64,000 bases of DNA from the NCBI GenBank assembly GCA_965601925.1, contig OZ271854.1, positions 1,600,001 to 1,664,000 on the forward strand. The letters are read 5' to 3'. Below are positions 31,657 through 40,285 of the stretch, in pieces. The DNA is from Alkalispirochaeta sp. GTDB lineage: Bacteria; Spirochaetota; Spirochaetia; DSM-27196; Alkalispirochaetaceae. How positions within the stretch are numbered: the stretch's first letter is position 1; every line of letters starts with the position of its first letter. A program made the position numbers and the translations under genes. The notes under the pieces were generated by a model. It had not been told where the DNA came from and made no database searches. It saw only the letters and a list, made by a program, of their open reading frames with translations.

Positions 31657-33273
31657 ATGAGCTATGAAGTCACCGCCACGCGCCGTCGTCCACGAACCTT
31701 TGACGAGCTCATCGGACAGGACTTCGTTGTAGCGACGCTCAAAAGCAGCATCGCCTCGGGCAGAATTGCCCACGCGTATCTTTTTTCGGGTCCGCGCGGT
31801 GTCGGTAAAACGAGCGCGGCACGCATTCTCGCCAAGGCGCTTAACTGTCCCGACGGCCCCGATCCTGCCGGGTGCGACGACTCGGCGGAGAGCGAGGAGA
31901 TCACACGCGGCACCGCCCTCGACGTCATCGAGATCGACGGTGCATCCAATACCAGCGTCAATGACGTCCGTCAGATTAAGGACGAGGTACTGTTTGCGCC
32001 CAATAGCTCACGCTACAAGATCTATATCATCGATGAAGTCCACATGCTCTCGAACAGTGCTTTCAATGCGCTGTTGAAGACGATCGAAGAGCCGCCGCCT
32101 TACATTGTCTTTATTTTCGCCACTACCGAGATCCACAAAGTGCCGGCAACGATTCGCAGTCGTTGCCAACAGTTCAACTTCCGCCTCATTCCCATGGACG
32201 ATATCAAGCGTCTGCTACGCGGCGCGACGGAAGAACTCGGGGTGACCGCGGCCGATGAAGCACTCGCTTGGATCGCGAAGGAGGCCACCGGCAGCCTTCG
32301 CGATGCGTACACCCTTCTCGACCAAGTGGTGGCCTTCTCCGACGGAAACATCTCCTTGGATGTGATTCACGCCAAGCTCGGGCTTCTCGGCCTCGATCGG
32401 TTGAACGCCCTGATGACCGCCGTCGTCGACGCGGACGCTGCCGCTGCCGTCTCCATCGTCGACGATGCGCTGCAGGCCGGCGTCTCAGTGGAGCGATTTA
32501 CGATCGACCTGGCCGACTATCTGAGGACGCTTCTGCTGATACACGCCGGCATCGAGCGGGAGGCGGTGCTCGGTATACAACCGAGTCTCATATCGCGCGA
32601 GGTACGCGACGCGTACGACCGCCAGCAGCTCGAACTCGCGAACGAGTTGGTACTGCAGCTTTACCGCGATCTTCGCTACTCGGTGAATCAACGGTTCGAC
32701 TTGGAGCTCGCCGTGAGCCGCCTTGTTTCGCTGCGGACGCTCAAGACGCCTCACGCATTGGTTCGGGAGATCCGCGCTCTCGCCGACGAGGTTCGTACGT
32801 CGTCGGTTACGACGGCCGACGGGAGCGCGACTGCGACGGGCGAAGCGTCGACATCGACACCGGCGGGCGGTGCCGCAGAGTCAGAGGGTGAGGAGAGCAT
32901 CGACTTTGACGAGCCGCCGACCGTCGAGGGGATAACCCACGAGCAGGTGACGGCGATTATGGGTCGGTTTCGCACTCAGCGGATTTCGGTCGCGGCGCTT
33001 CTGGCGCGTGCACGGTTGTGGCGTCTCGAGGGCGGGACGCTTCTCGTCGCCTTTGTCGACGACTTCAGCGCTCACGCCCTGGCACCCGATCGAGAGGCCG
33101 TTCAATCCGCCGCGATCGCCGAGTTGGGTCTGGAACACCTAAAAGTAGATATCGAGACACTCGCCGACGTGCCCAGGAACGAGCGTGATACCGCGACTCC
33201 CGGCGCGGCCGATCCCGCTACCGAGATGGTGCGCCGAGTATTTCGCGGCGAAGTCGTGGAGGATCAATCATGA
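31657..33273 (+). CDS. dnaX: DNA polymerase III subunit gamma/tau
   Basis: GPRGVGKT, EIDGASN, IIDEVHML, TIRSRCQ; ffs-dnaX-ebfC-recR synteny. Confidence 0.96.
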   Translation: MSYEVTATRRRPRTFDELIGQDFVVATLKSSIASGRIAHAYLFSGPRGVGKTSAARILAKALNCPDGPDPAGCDDSAESEEITRGTALDVIEIDGASNTSVNDVRQIKDEVLFAPNSSRYKIYIIDEVHMLSNSAFNALLKTIEEPPPYIVFIFATTEIHKVPATIRSRCQQFNFRLIPMDDIKRLLRGATEELGVTAADEALAWIAKEATGSLRDAYTLLDQVVAFSDGNISLDVIHAKLGLLGLDRLNALMTAVVDADAAAAVSIVDDALQAGVSVERFTIDLADYLRTLLLIHAGIEREAVLGIQPSLISREVRDAYDRQQLELANELVLQLYRDLRYSVNQRFDLELAVSRLVSLRTLKTPHALVREIRALADEVRTSSVTTADGSATATGEASTSTPAGGAAESEGEESIDFDEPPTVEGITHEQVTAIMGRFRTQRISVAALLARARLWRLEGGTLLVAFVDDFSAHALAPDREAVQSAAIAELGLEHLKVDIETLADVPRNERDTATPGAADPATEMVRRVFRGEVVEDQS

Positions 33274-33593
33274 ATCCAATGGATTTGCTAAAAAATATGG
33301 GCCAACTGCAGGAGAAAATGCAGGAGGCGCAGCAAGAGATAAAGGGAGTCACGGTGACCGGCAGTGCCGGCGGCGATATGGTGAAGATCACCATGAACGG
33401 AGAGTTTCACGTCACCGGCGTAGAACTATCGCCGGAGGCCGTCGATCCGTCCGACATCGCGATGTTACAGGATCTCTTTCGCGCCGCCCACAACGATGCG
33501 TCGCGTCGAGTGAGAGAGGAGCTTCAGAAGCGACTCTCCTCTCTTATGGGCGGTATGCCGATTCCTCCGGGACTCTTCGGCGGGACGGTGTAG
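33270..33593 (+). CDS. ebfC: YbaB/EbfC nucleoid-associated protein
   Basis: GSAGGDMVKITMNG...MLQDL...AHNDA; lies between dnaX and recR. Confidence 0.93.
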   Translation: MNPMDLLKNMGQLQEKMQEAQQEIKGVTVTGSAGGDMVKITMNGEFHVTGVELSPEAVDPSDIAMLQDLFRAAHNDASRRVREELQKRLSSLMGGMPIPPGLFGGTV

Positions 33594-33612
33594 GGCGCCG
33601 TCCGGCGGATTC

Positions 33613-34206
33613 ATGAACACGCTCGAGCAGTTAATCCAGGCGATCGCTCGCCTACCGGGTCTCGGAAAAAAGAGCGCCACGCGAATCTCGTACTCGATAT
33701 TGTCCGGCGATCGCGCCGACGCCCAACGGTTGGCCGGGCTTCTTGCGACGCTGCACGACGCCATTCGACGATGCTCGATATGCGGCAGCTACACCGAGAC
33801 CGATCCGTGTCTCATGTGCACCGATTCGGGACGCGACAGAAGTACCATCTGCGTCGTGGAGCAACCGCAGGACGTCACTGCGCTTGAATCGAGTCACGAG
33901 TACCACGGACTCTACCACGTCCTCGGCGGCGTCATTGCGCCGATCGAAGGTATCGGCCCCGGCGAGCTCGCAATCGGCTCTCTGCTCTCGCGTGCGCGAG
34001 AGGGGGAGGTGCGTGAGGTGATCATCGCGACCAATCCAACCGTCGAGGGAGACACCACCGCGCTGTATCTCGCGCGCCAGTTGGAAGAGATGAACATCGC
34101 CGTCACCCGTCTGGCGTTGGGCCTTCCCGTCGGCGGCGATCTGGAGTACGCCGATCGGCTTACCTTGGCGCGCAGCCTCCGGGGACGCACTCACCTCGGC
34201 AGTTGA
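33613..34206 (+). CDS. recR: Recombination mediator RecR
   Basis: LPGLGKKSA HhH, C4 zinc finger, YHVLGG, ATNPTVEG Toprim. Confidence 0.96.
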   Translation: MNTLEQLIQAIARLPGLGKKSATRISYSILSGDRADAQRLAGLLATLHDAIRRCSICGSYTETDPCLMCTDSGRDRSTICVVEQPQDVTALESSHEYHGLYHVLGGVIAPIEGIGPGELAIGSLLSRAREGEVREVIIATNPTVEGDTTALYLARQLEEMNIAVTRLALGLPVGGDLEYADRLTLARSLRGRTHLGS

Positions 34207-34270
34207 CGAATCATAAAAAATCTAACCGTCTTTTCATACGGCGTGCCTATAGTAGCTCCAGGGAGCCCCC

Positions 34271-34618
34271 ATGGAATTAGGTACACAGCAGTTAGACAAC
34301 GACGTTGTCGTTATCTCTCCCGACGGAGAGATGGATCTCTACAACGCGTCGGAGTTCAAAAATCTGGCGACCGAGGTGATGTCGGACAATCCCGGCGGCA
34401 TCGTAGTAGATCTCGAAAAACTGGAGTACATAGATTCGAGCGGAATCAGCGCATTGCTCTTCACCTTCACGCAATGCAAGAACCGCGGAATCGGTCTGTG
34501 CTTCGTAAATATCAAAGGAAGCGTTCGCAAGGTCATCGAGTTGACGAGCCTCAGCGGTTTTTTTCCGATTGCCGATAACCTCGCCGATGCGCTTGTCCGC
34601 CTCAAAGCCAATACGTAA
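34271..34618 (+). CDS. STAS-domain anti-sigma factor antagonist
   Basis: GEMDLYN...YIDSSGI phospho-Ser motif. Confidence 0.9.
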   Translation: MELGTQQLDNDVVVISPDGEMDLYNASEFKNLATEVMSDNPGGIVVDLEKLEYIDSSGISALLFTFTQCKNRGIGLCFVNIKGSVRKVIELTSLSGFFPIADNLADALVRLKANT

Positions 34619-34641
34619 ATGTGTCTACAACAGGAGAAGGC

Positions 34642-35544
34642 ATGACGATATCGACCGAGGATCTCGAACAGAGTATTCAGCTTCTCGCTCTCGAAGGTGA
34701 TATGGATCTGTATAGTGCGACGCAGGTCAAGGAGAAGGTGGTCTCAATTTGGGAGGCCGGCGGTACGCGACTTCTCGTCGACCTGACGAAGCTGAATTAC
34801 GTCGATTCGAGTGGTATCGGAGTTCTCCTATACGTATACACCTCCAGTCAAAAGCGGGGACATACGGTCGTGTTTTGCGGCGCCCACGGATCGGTCGCCA
34901 AGGTTATCGAGTTGACCAAACTCGCCGGGTTCCTACCGCTGGAACAAGATCGCGAGGCGGCGATTGCGCGATTCACCCCCGCCGAGCCGGCCGTCACCGA
35001 GGCGGCGGACGACATACGGCAGTTGATCGTCGACGAGAAGAGCCCGCTATTCGATAAGCGCGGTATGTACTTCAAGGACTTCAATATCGATCTGACGCAC
35101 GTCAGACGCCTGAGCAACCTGATCGCACAACGGGCGCCGGCACATCTGCGGGACATCAATATCCTGGAGCAACAGATCAGCGAGCTCATAAAGAACGCGG
35201 TCAAACACGGCAACGGCAACGATCGGAACAAGAGCGTGAAGATCTGGTTCCAGTTCACCGACGAAACGGCGCGACTCATCATCGAGGATGAAGGCTCCGG
35301 GTTTCAGAACTTGGACCAATGGAACGAGTTCTATCGTCACAAGATCGAATGCTATCGCAGACAAGACTTCGACAAGATGATGGAGTATCTGACCTTTCGG
35401 ACCGAACGCAGCACCGACGACGACGGCGGAAACGCCATGATGGCCGCCGTGGAGTATTGGAACGAGGGTGTCGTGTTCAATCAGGCGCGCAATAGCGTCG
35501 CGGTCATGCGCAGCTTCACCGACGATCACGAAAACGACTTGTAG
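34642..35544 (+). CDS. STAS domain + HATPase_c (anti-sigma/Ser kinase-like) fusion
   Basis: N-terminal YVDSSGIG STAS; C-terminal SELIKNAVKHG (N box) and DEGSGF (G1 box). Confidence 0.82.
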   Translation: MTISTEDLEQSIQLLALEGDMDLYSATQVKEKVVSIWEAGGTRLLVDLTKLNYVDSSGIGVLLYVYTSSQKRGHTVVFCGAHGSVAKVIELTKLAGFLPLEQDREAAIARFTPAEPAVTEAADDIRQLIVDEKSPLFDKRGMYFKDFNIDLTHVRRLSNLIAQRAPAHLRDINILEQQISELIKNAVKHGNGNDRNKSVKIWFQFTDETARLIIEDEGSGFQNLDQWNEFYRHKIECYRRQDFDKMMEYLTFRTERSTDDDGGNAMMAAVEYWNEGVVFNQARNSVAVMRSFTDDHENDL

Positions 35545-35607
35545 AAACCGTTCGGGCGAGGGAGGCGGCTATCTGATCGAGGCGCCGGCCGCGCACCGGT
35601 ATGCGTC

Positions 35608-36828
35608 TTATAATGTAACTTCCTGATCGACGAAACGCATAATGGACCATGTGACGTCGTCCATGAGCGTTCGTTTACCGCGAAACCGATTGAAGTCCTC
35701 GAGCAGCCGGTCGGATATCACCTCGACCGGCATTTGCGCGTGTTCGGAGAATATGGAGGAGATCTGCTTCGTACTGTAGATTTCGCCTCGTATGCTCTCC
35801 TGCTCGATGAGCCCGTCGGTAATGACAAAGAGAATGTCGTCGGCGCGCGGGGTAAACTGATCGACCCGCGGTTCGATATCGGGCACGATTCCGATGGGAA
35901 GATTGTTCTGGTTGGTGTTGATCTTGTGCATCTTCTCTTCGCGAAACATGAAGATGTGGGAATGGCCCATGTCGCAGATTTCGATTCGCCGCGACGCCTC
36001 ATCGTAGTCGAGAAAGACGGCGGTCACGAACTTCTCGGTCTCGAAGGTGCGCACCAGGTAATTATTAAGCTTCTGAATGAACGGCACCATGCCGGCAGCG
36101 AAGTCATAAATGCTCATCATTCCCCACAGCACCGATGTGATAATAGAGGCCGCGACCCCTTTTCCCGATACGTCGCACATCGCGATAATCCAGCGCCCCG
36201 GGGCGTACTCTCTGACGTCGTAAAAGTCTCCTCCGACGCCCTTTGCCGTCCGGGAGGTGGAGACGATCTCCAAACGGCGGCCTACGATGAACTCTCGCTC
36301 CTTCACGATACGCGACTGGAGTTTTCGAGCCAGTGCGATGTCGCTTTGCGTGATTTGAGAGAGATACACCAGCATATCCTGAGACGAGAAGATCCCCGCG
36401 AAGCGCTCCTCAGAGTATGTGAGAAGATAGTAGTCGACACCGGGATTGCGCATGTCTTCGTCTATCTCGTCGGCGACGGTAAACAAGTTGGCATCGCTGG
36501 AGAACATACGCGGCGTTGCCATGATCTCCCGTACCGGATGGTTGCGAAAGACGTCCTGGGCGTAAGGCCGAGCCATGATCGCAAAAAAGTCGCGGCGTAC
36601 GACGATGCCGACGACGCGTTCCTCGTCGTCTACGACGCCGACGGCTTGCAGCTCCTCCTCGGCCCGCATGGCGTCTTGAAGGTCAAAAATACGTTCGTCG
36701 CGATGTACGTAAATGAAGCTCGAAGCGAGCCTGGCGATCGTCTGATTGTTGAGGCGCTTTCGAGGAAGGTGACGGAGTATCCCCGTTGCGCCTTGATCCG
36801 GAGCTATCTCTCGCGCTGGATCGGCCAT
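35608..36828 (-). CDS. CBS-domain + SpoIIE/PP2C phosphatase (RsbU-like)
   Basis: N-terminal CBS-like pair (VGVVDD..VVGIV), GGDFYD, DVSGKG, TDGL, DDVT. Confidence 0.88.
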   Translation of the reverse strand: MADPAREIAPDQGATGILRHLPRKRLNNQTIARLASSFIYVHRDERIFDLQDAMRAEEELQAVGVVDDEERVVGIVVRRDFFAIMARPYAQDVFRNHPVREIMATPRMFSSDANLFTVADEIDEDMRNPGVDYYLLTYSEERFAGIFSSQDMLVYLSQITQSDIALARKLQSRIVKEREFIVGRRLEIVSTSRTAKGVGGDFYDVREYAPGRWIIAMCDVSGKGVAASIITSVLWGMMSIYDFAAGMVPFIQKLNNYLVRTFETEKFVTAVFLDYDEASRRIEICDMGHSHIFMFREEKMHKINTNQNNLPIGIVPDIEPRVDQFTPRADDILFVITDGLIEQESIRGEIYSTKQISSIFSEHAQMPVEVISDRLLEDFNRFRGKRTLMDDVTWSIMRFVDQEVTL

Positions 36829-36899
36829 GTTTTTGGACTCCTTCGCCGGCGAATCCGGCTGAAACACAATGAGATAAATGCGTTAGAATGTCGTTAGAC

Positions 36900-37655
36900 A
36901 TGAAACGTAACGAAAAGACGATTGTGCGACGTATCGCACGCCGCGTGGCGCGACTCGCGATGCTCGCCGTAAGCATGGCGGCCTACGCCCAGCATTCTCC
37001 GGCCGTAGAGTGGGTCGCCGGGCTCGATCGCTCTTTGGAGGCCGCGCGGCGCGACGGACGGCCGGTCGTCGTGCTGGTCACCGCTCGCGTGTGGTGCGAT
37101 CCGTGTTCGTGGCTCGAGGTCAATACGCTGTCGGCTCCGGACGTGCAGCGCGAGTTGGCCGACCATTGGATTGCGGTGCGGATCCTCGACACGGACGCGA
37201 CGTGGCAACGGTGGGAGATCGACCAACTGCCGGCAATCGTCATCCTCGACTCGGACGGTAATGTCTTGGAGCGGCTATCCGGTTCGATCAGCGCGCAAAG
37301 TCTTCTCACGCGTTTGATAGGCGCAAGGGAGAGGACGAGCGGCGCCGTCGGGGACCCCGGCGAGGCGGCGGAACGAACGGGCGACTACGGCGACGATGTG
37401 CGGGGTGCCGTATTTCGTATTGGAGCCGGAACACTCTGGAACGACCGCTCCGGCGCGTGGTACAGCCAGGATGCTGGGCTGCCGCCGCGCCTCGACGAGT
37501 ACGATCGTGACGCGGCCTTTCTCTATTTGCGGGACGAGTCCTCGGCGACGATTCTGGCAATTTCCGTCGACGCGGGTGCGGAGCGAACGCTTTGGCGCTG
37601 GGATCAACAACGGCGCGCGTGGACCGAGGTCGGACCGCTTCGTCGATTGGACTGA
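36900..37655 (+). CDS. Exported thioredoxin-like protein
   Basis: Signal peptide (AAYA), WCDPC motif, cis-Pro loop 'LPAIVILDSDG', additional C-terminal domain. Confidence 0.75.
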   Translation: MKRNEKTIVRRIARRVARLAMLAVSMAAYAQHSPAVEWVAGLDRSLEAARRDGRPVVVLVTARVWCDPCSWLEVNTLSAPDVQRELADHWIAVRILDTDATWQRWEIDQLPAIVILDSDGNVLERLSGSISAQSLLTRLIGARERTSGAVGDPGEAAERTGDYGDDVRGAVFRIGAGTLWNDRSGAWYSQDAGLPPRLDEYDRDAAFLYLRDESSATILAISVDAGAERTLWRWDQQRRAWTEVGPLRRLD

Positions 37656-37697
37656 CCCGCCTGAGTATACCGAACGTGAAGGTGGTGTACGATGTGC

Positions 37698-38327
37698 CTA
37701 TACGCCGGCGCGCACGTCCGCCGGTGGGGCGGGAGAAAACCGTAACTCGGAAAACCGTACCGTGCAACCCGAACCGACGGGGCTCTGAACCGAGATGCCG
37801 ACACGGAGGCGTTCTCCCGGTTCACCCAGTCTGAGATAGCGGACCATGCGCCACTCCGCCGAATCGGTGCCCGATCGATCCGCCGATGCCCAATGGAGCC
37901 CCCACAACGCGCCCCTGCGCGACAATTTCAGTCTAACGGCACGATCGTCGATGCGTTGACCGTTGGCGTCGTCGCTCGTCCCCTCGGTAACGACGCTCAC
38001 GACCGCCGGGTACCCTAAGTCTGTAGCCTCAAAAGCGAGTTTGATCCAATGATCTTTATCGATCCAGGCGAAGATCGTTCCTGCATCGTAGGTATCGGAG
38101 AAATCGGGTCGGATCGTCGCAATCACCGAGAAGTCGCCCGAGTGTTCGCGATACAGAAACGGTGCGTTTGCAACCGTGTTCCCGTCCTTCGGGTCGTTGA
38201 AAAAATCAGCGCGCCTCGGTGACGTTATCTCTATCTCCGAGCCGCCCTCATCGGCGTTTGTAGTCCTTGCATGGCGCGGAACGAGATCGTCGTGCCACGA
38301 GTCGAAGGGGAATCGGTCGTTCGCTAT
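37698..38327 (-). CDS. DUF1349 family (ConA-like) protein, apparent ATA start
   Basis: WIKLAFE...VSVVT...SDD and QSP.G.G motifs. The frame stays open upstream of GTG 38126 and encodes ADFFNDP...NAPFLY...GDF. Confidence 0.75.
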   Translation of the reverse strand: MANDRFPFDSWHDDLVPRHARTTNADEGGSEIEITSPRRADFFNDPKDGNTVANAPFLYREHSGDFSVIATIRPDFSDTYDAGTIFAWIDKDHWIKLAFEATDLGYPAVVSVVTEGTSDDANGQRIDDRAVRLKLSRRGALWGLHWASADRSGTDSAEWRMVRYLRLGEPGERLRVGISVQSPVGSGCTVRFSELRFSPAPPADVRAGV

Positions 38328-38674
38328 AAGTCCCTCTCCTCGGCCGCGGCAAGCTCATCGAGGTACTGCTCGAGGTTCCGCTTGGAGGAGCCGTACAGCG
38401 ATGAGAACTCGAACCCGGCTTCCGTCTCCCCCGAATCCAGCTCTTGGGTATGGATCGCGATGGCGTCTGCCTCTATCGTTCGATCTCCTACCTCGAAGAT
38501 GACGTAGATCGTACTACCCGATTCGATGGACTCAAATGTCCGGCATCGAAAACCGGTACGACTAAGGTCCACACCCTCGGTGTGGATCCACCGCTCTTTC
38601 CCAAATTGTATGTCGATCATTTGGTTGATGGACACACGCGTCGCTCTACGGCGTTCTTTCCCCACACTCACCAC
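38324..38674 (-). CDS. Stand-alone PilZ domain protein
   Basis: ERRRATR (RxxxR) and DLSRTG (DxSxxG) c-di-GMP binding motifs. Confidence 0.85.
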   Translation of the reverse strand: MVSVGKERRRATRVSINQMIDIQFGKERWIHTEGVDLSRTGFRCRTFESIESGSTIYVIFEVGDRTIEADAIAIHTQELDSGETEAGFEFSSLYGSSKRNLEQYLDELAAAEERDL

Positions 38675-38978
38675 TCTATATTCGAGGTATCTTGCGCTTT
38701 TGACAAGGATTTTGTGACCATGAAAGCAAATGACTCCTTGCGCCAAACAGAAAAATCGTCGATACTACCCTCGGTACGCCCGTAAACCGATCGGATCGAT
38801 GCGCTGACCCTCTCCAACGGGATTGCAACCCACCGACCGACGATAGACGACGAACCGACAACCAGTATTGTGAAAGGGGTTGATAGCAAGTCCCCGGCGC
38901 TCTCCCGACGCAGTCCAGTCGTGTATTTGTTCCGGAATCCATTCGCTGTTCACCCCGCGATCCAAGGAGGAAGGATCC

Positions 38979-39293
38979 ATGTCCAAGACACTCTATGTGG
39001 GTAATCTCAACTTTCGTACCGAAGAGGAACGACTTCGGGCGGCTTTCGCGGCATACGGCACCGTTACCGACGCGCGTATCGTCGTAGATCGCGACACCGG
39101 TCGCAGCCGTGGGTTCGGCTTTGTCGAGATGGAAGATGACGACGCGGCCGATTCAGCGGTCGAAGGCATGAACGGAGCCGAACTCGATGGTCGACCGTTA
39201 CGTGTCAACGAAGCGCAGCCTCGCGGCGAAGGGGGCAATCGCGGCGGATACGGCGGGGGCCGCAGACGAGACGGGGTCCACGGGGCTTACTGA
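38979..39293 (+). CDS. RRM RNA-binding protein with Gly-rich tail
   Basis: RNP2 LYVGNL, RNP1 RGFGFVEM, LRVNEA; AAGGAGG RBS. Confidence 0.95.
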   Translation: MSKTLYVGNLNFRTEEERLRAAFAAYGTVTDARIVVDRDTGRSRGFGFVEMEDDDAADSAVEGMNGAELDGRPLRVNEAQPRGEGGNRGGYGGGRRRDGVHGAY

Positions 39294-39297
39294 ATCG

Positions 39298-39539
39298 GTG
39301 GCGCGAAATAACTACAGCGGTGAAAAACGCCGAAGAGAACGAGAGCGTAAAAAGAAAAAGAGCAAAAACGCCGGGAACGCGCGGAGCGGGCCCGGCTCGC
39401 AACGGATGGTCAGTCGGACGGCGAGACTCCGGATGGAGTTGTTGAAGACTCGTCCTATCTTGAATACTTGAATCCCGGTGGCCCGCAAGATCCTCGATTT
39501 GAAGTTGTCGAAGAGGAAGAAGATACCACTGAAGAGTAG
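39298..39539 (+). CDS. Small basic/acidic protein interrupted by a -1 frameshift
   Basis: GTG start gives MARNNYSGEKRRRERERKKK; the -1 frame continues EQKRRERAERARL...EEEEDTTEE* at 39537-39539. Confidence 0.6.
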
Positions 39540-40139
39540 GTGGGCTTTTGTGTGTCTGACGCTGTTGCGATAGTATCGCTCAATGATTTGGTCGGATCCG
39601 ATGTCGACGGCGTCACGTCGGCATCGTCCGATCGACAGTATCGTGAAGCGGAATCGATCTTCTGGGAAACCGCTTCAACACAATCCTTTGATTCCGAAGA
39701 CAGTCGCAGTGCATTTCTCTGGCGCTATTTCGGGTACTACGCAGTCCGCGCACCGGAGCTCTTTCTCATTGCCGTGGACGGCGGAAAGCGCGTTCTCGGA
39801 TATGTCTGTGCGGTGAGTGACACCCGCTTTCACCGCGAACTCTACGCTATCGCCTCTCATGTTCCGGTGTTCGACGATCTCTACGACGCCTATCCGGCGC
39901 ATCTACACATAAACCTCGGCGAGGCGAGTCGCGGTCGAGGGCTCGGCGGTGTGTTGATACGAAACCTCGAATCGCGGCTTAGACGCCTCGGTGTTACCGG
40001 CCTCCATCTGGTCACGAGCGCCGGCGCGCGCAACGTTCGTTTCTACCGCAAGAACGGTTTTGAACGCGCGGTAGAGCGCCGTCTACCCGGCGGCTCCGAC
40101 CGAGATCCGCCGCTCCTCTTTTTGGGAAAGTCTCTGTAA
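39540..40139 (+). CDS. GNAT family N-acetyltransferase
   Basis: YPAHLHINL...RGRGLG...RFYRKNGF. Confidence 0.88.
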   Translation: MGFCVSDAVAIVSLNDLVGSDVDGVTSASSDRQYREAESIFWETASTQSFDSEDSRSAFLWRYFGYYAVRAPELFLIAVDGGKRVLGYVCAVSDTRFHRELYAIASHVPVFDDLYDAYPAHLHINLGEASRGRGLGGVLIRNLESRLRRLGVTGLHLVTSAGARNVRFYRKNGFERAVERRLPGGSDRDPPLLFLGKSL

Positions 40140-40218
40140 GCCACCGTTCGCCTCCTACGCCCGAGATCGGATGCGCCGGCACGTCGCCGGACCCCCTTTC
40201 GGCTCAGCGCGAAATAGT

Positions 40219-40267
40219 TTGACAGGTCCGCCGATGGGTGGTAGGGTTTTGCAGAAGTTTCAACAAA
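40219..40267 (+). promoter_or_regulatory. Promoter plus ROK-type operator candidate
   Basis: TTGACA-17 nt-TAGGGT immediately followed by the dyad TTTGcaGAAgtTTCaaCAAA (40248-40267). Confidence 0.6.
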
Positions 40268-40285
40268 CCTATGCGGCGCATGGAT

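Noticed and set aside
31657..33273. Programmed frameshift in dnaX
   Set aside because: No A-AAA-AAG or long A run was seen in the expected region.
38750..38978. Riboswitch or thermosensor in the RRM gene leader
   Set aside because: A long leader is plausible, but no recognisable aptamer consensus was seen.
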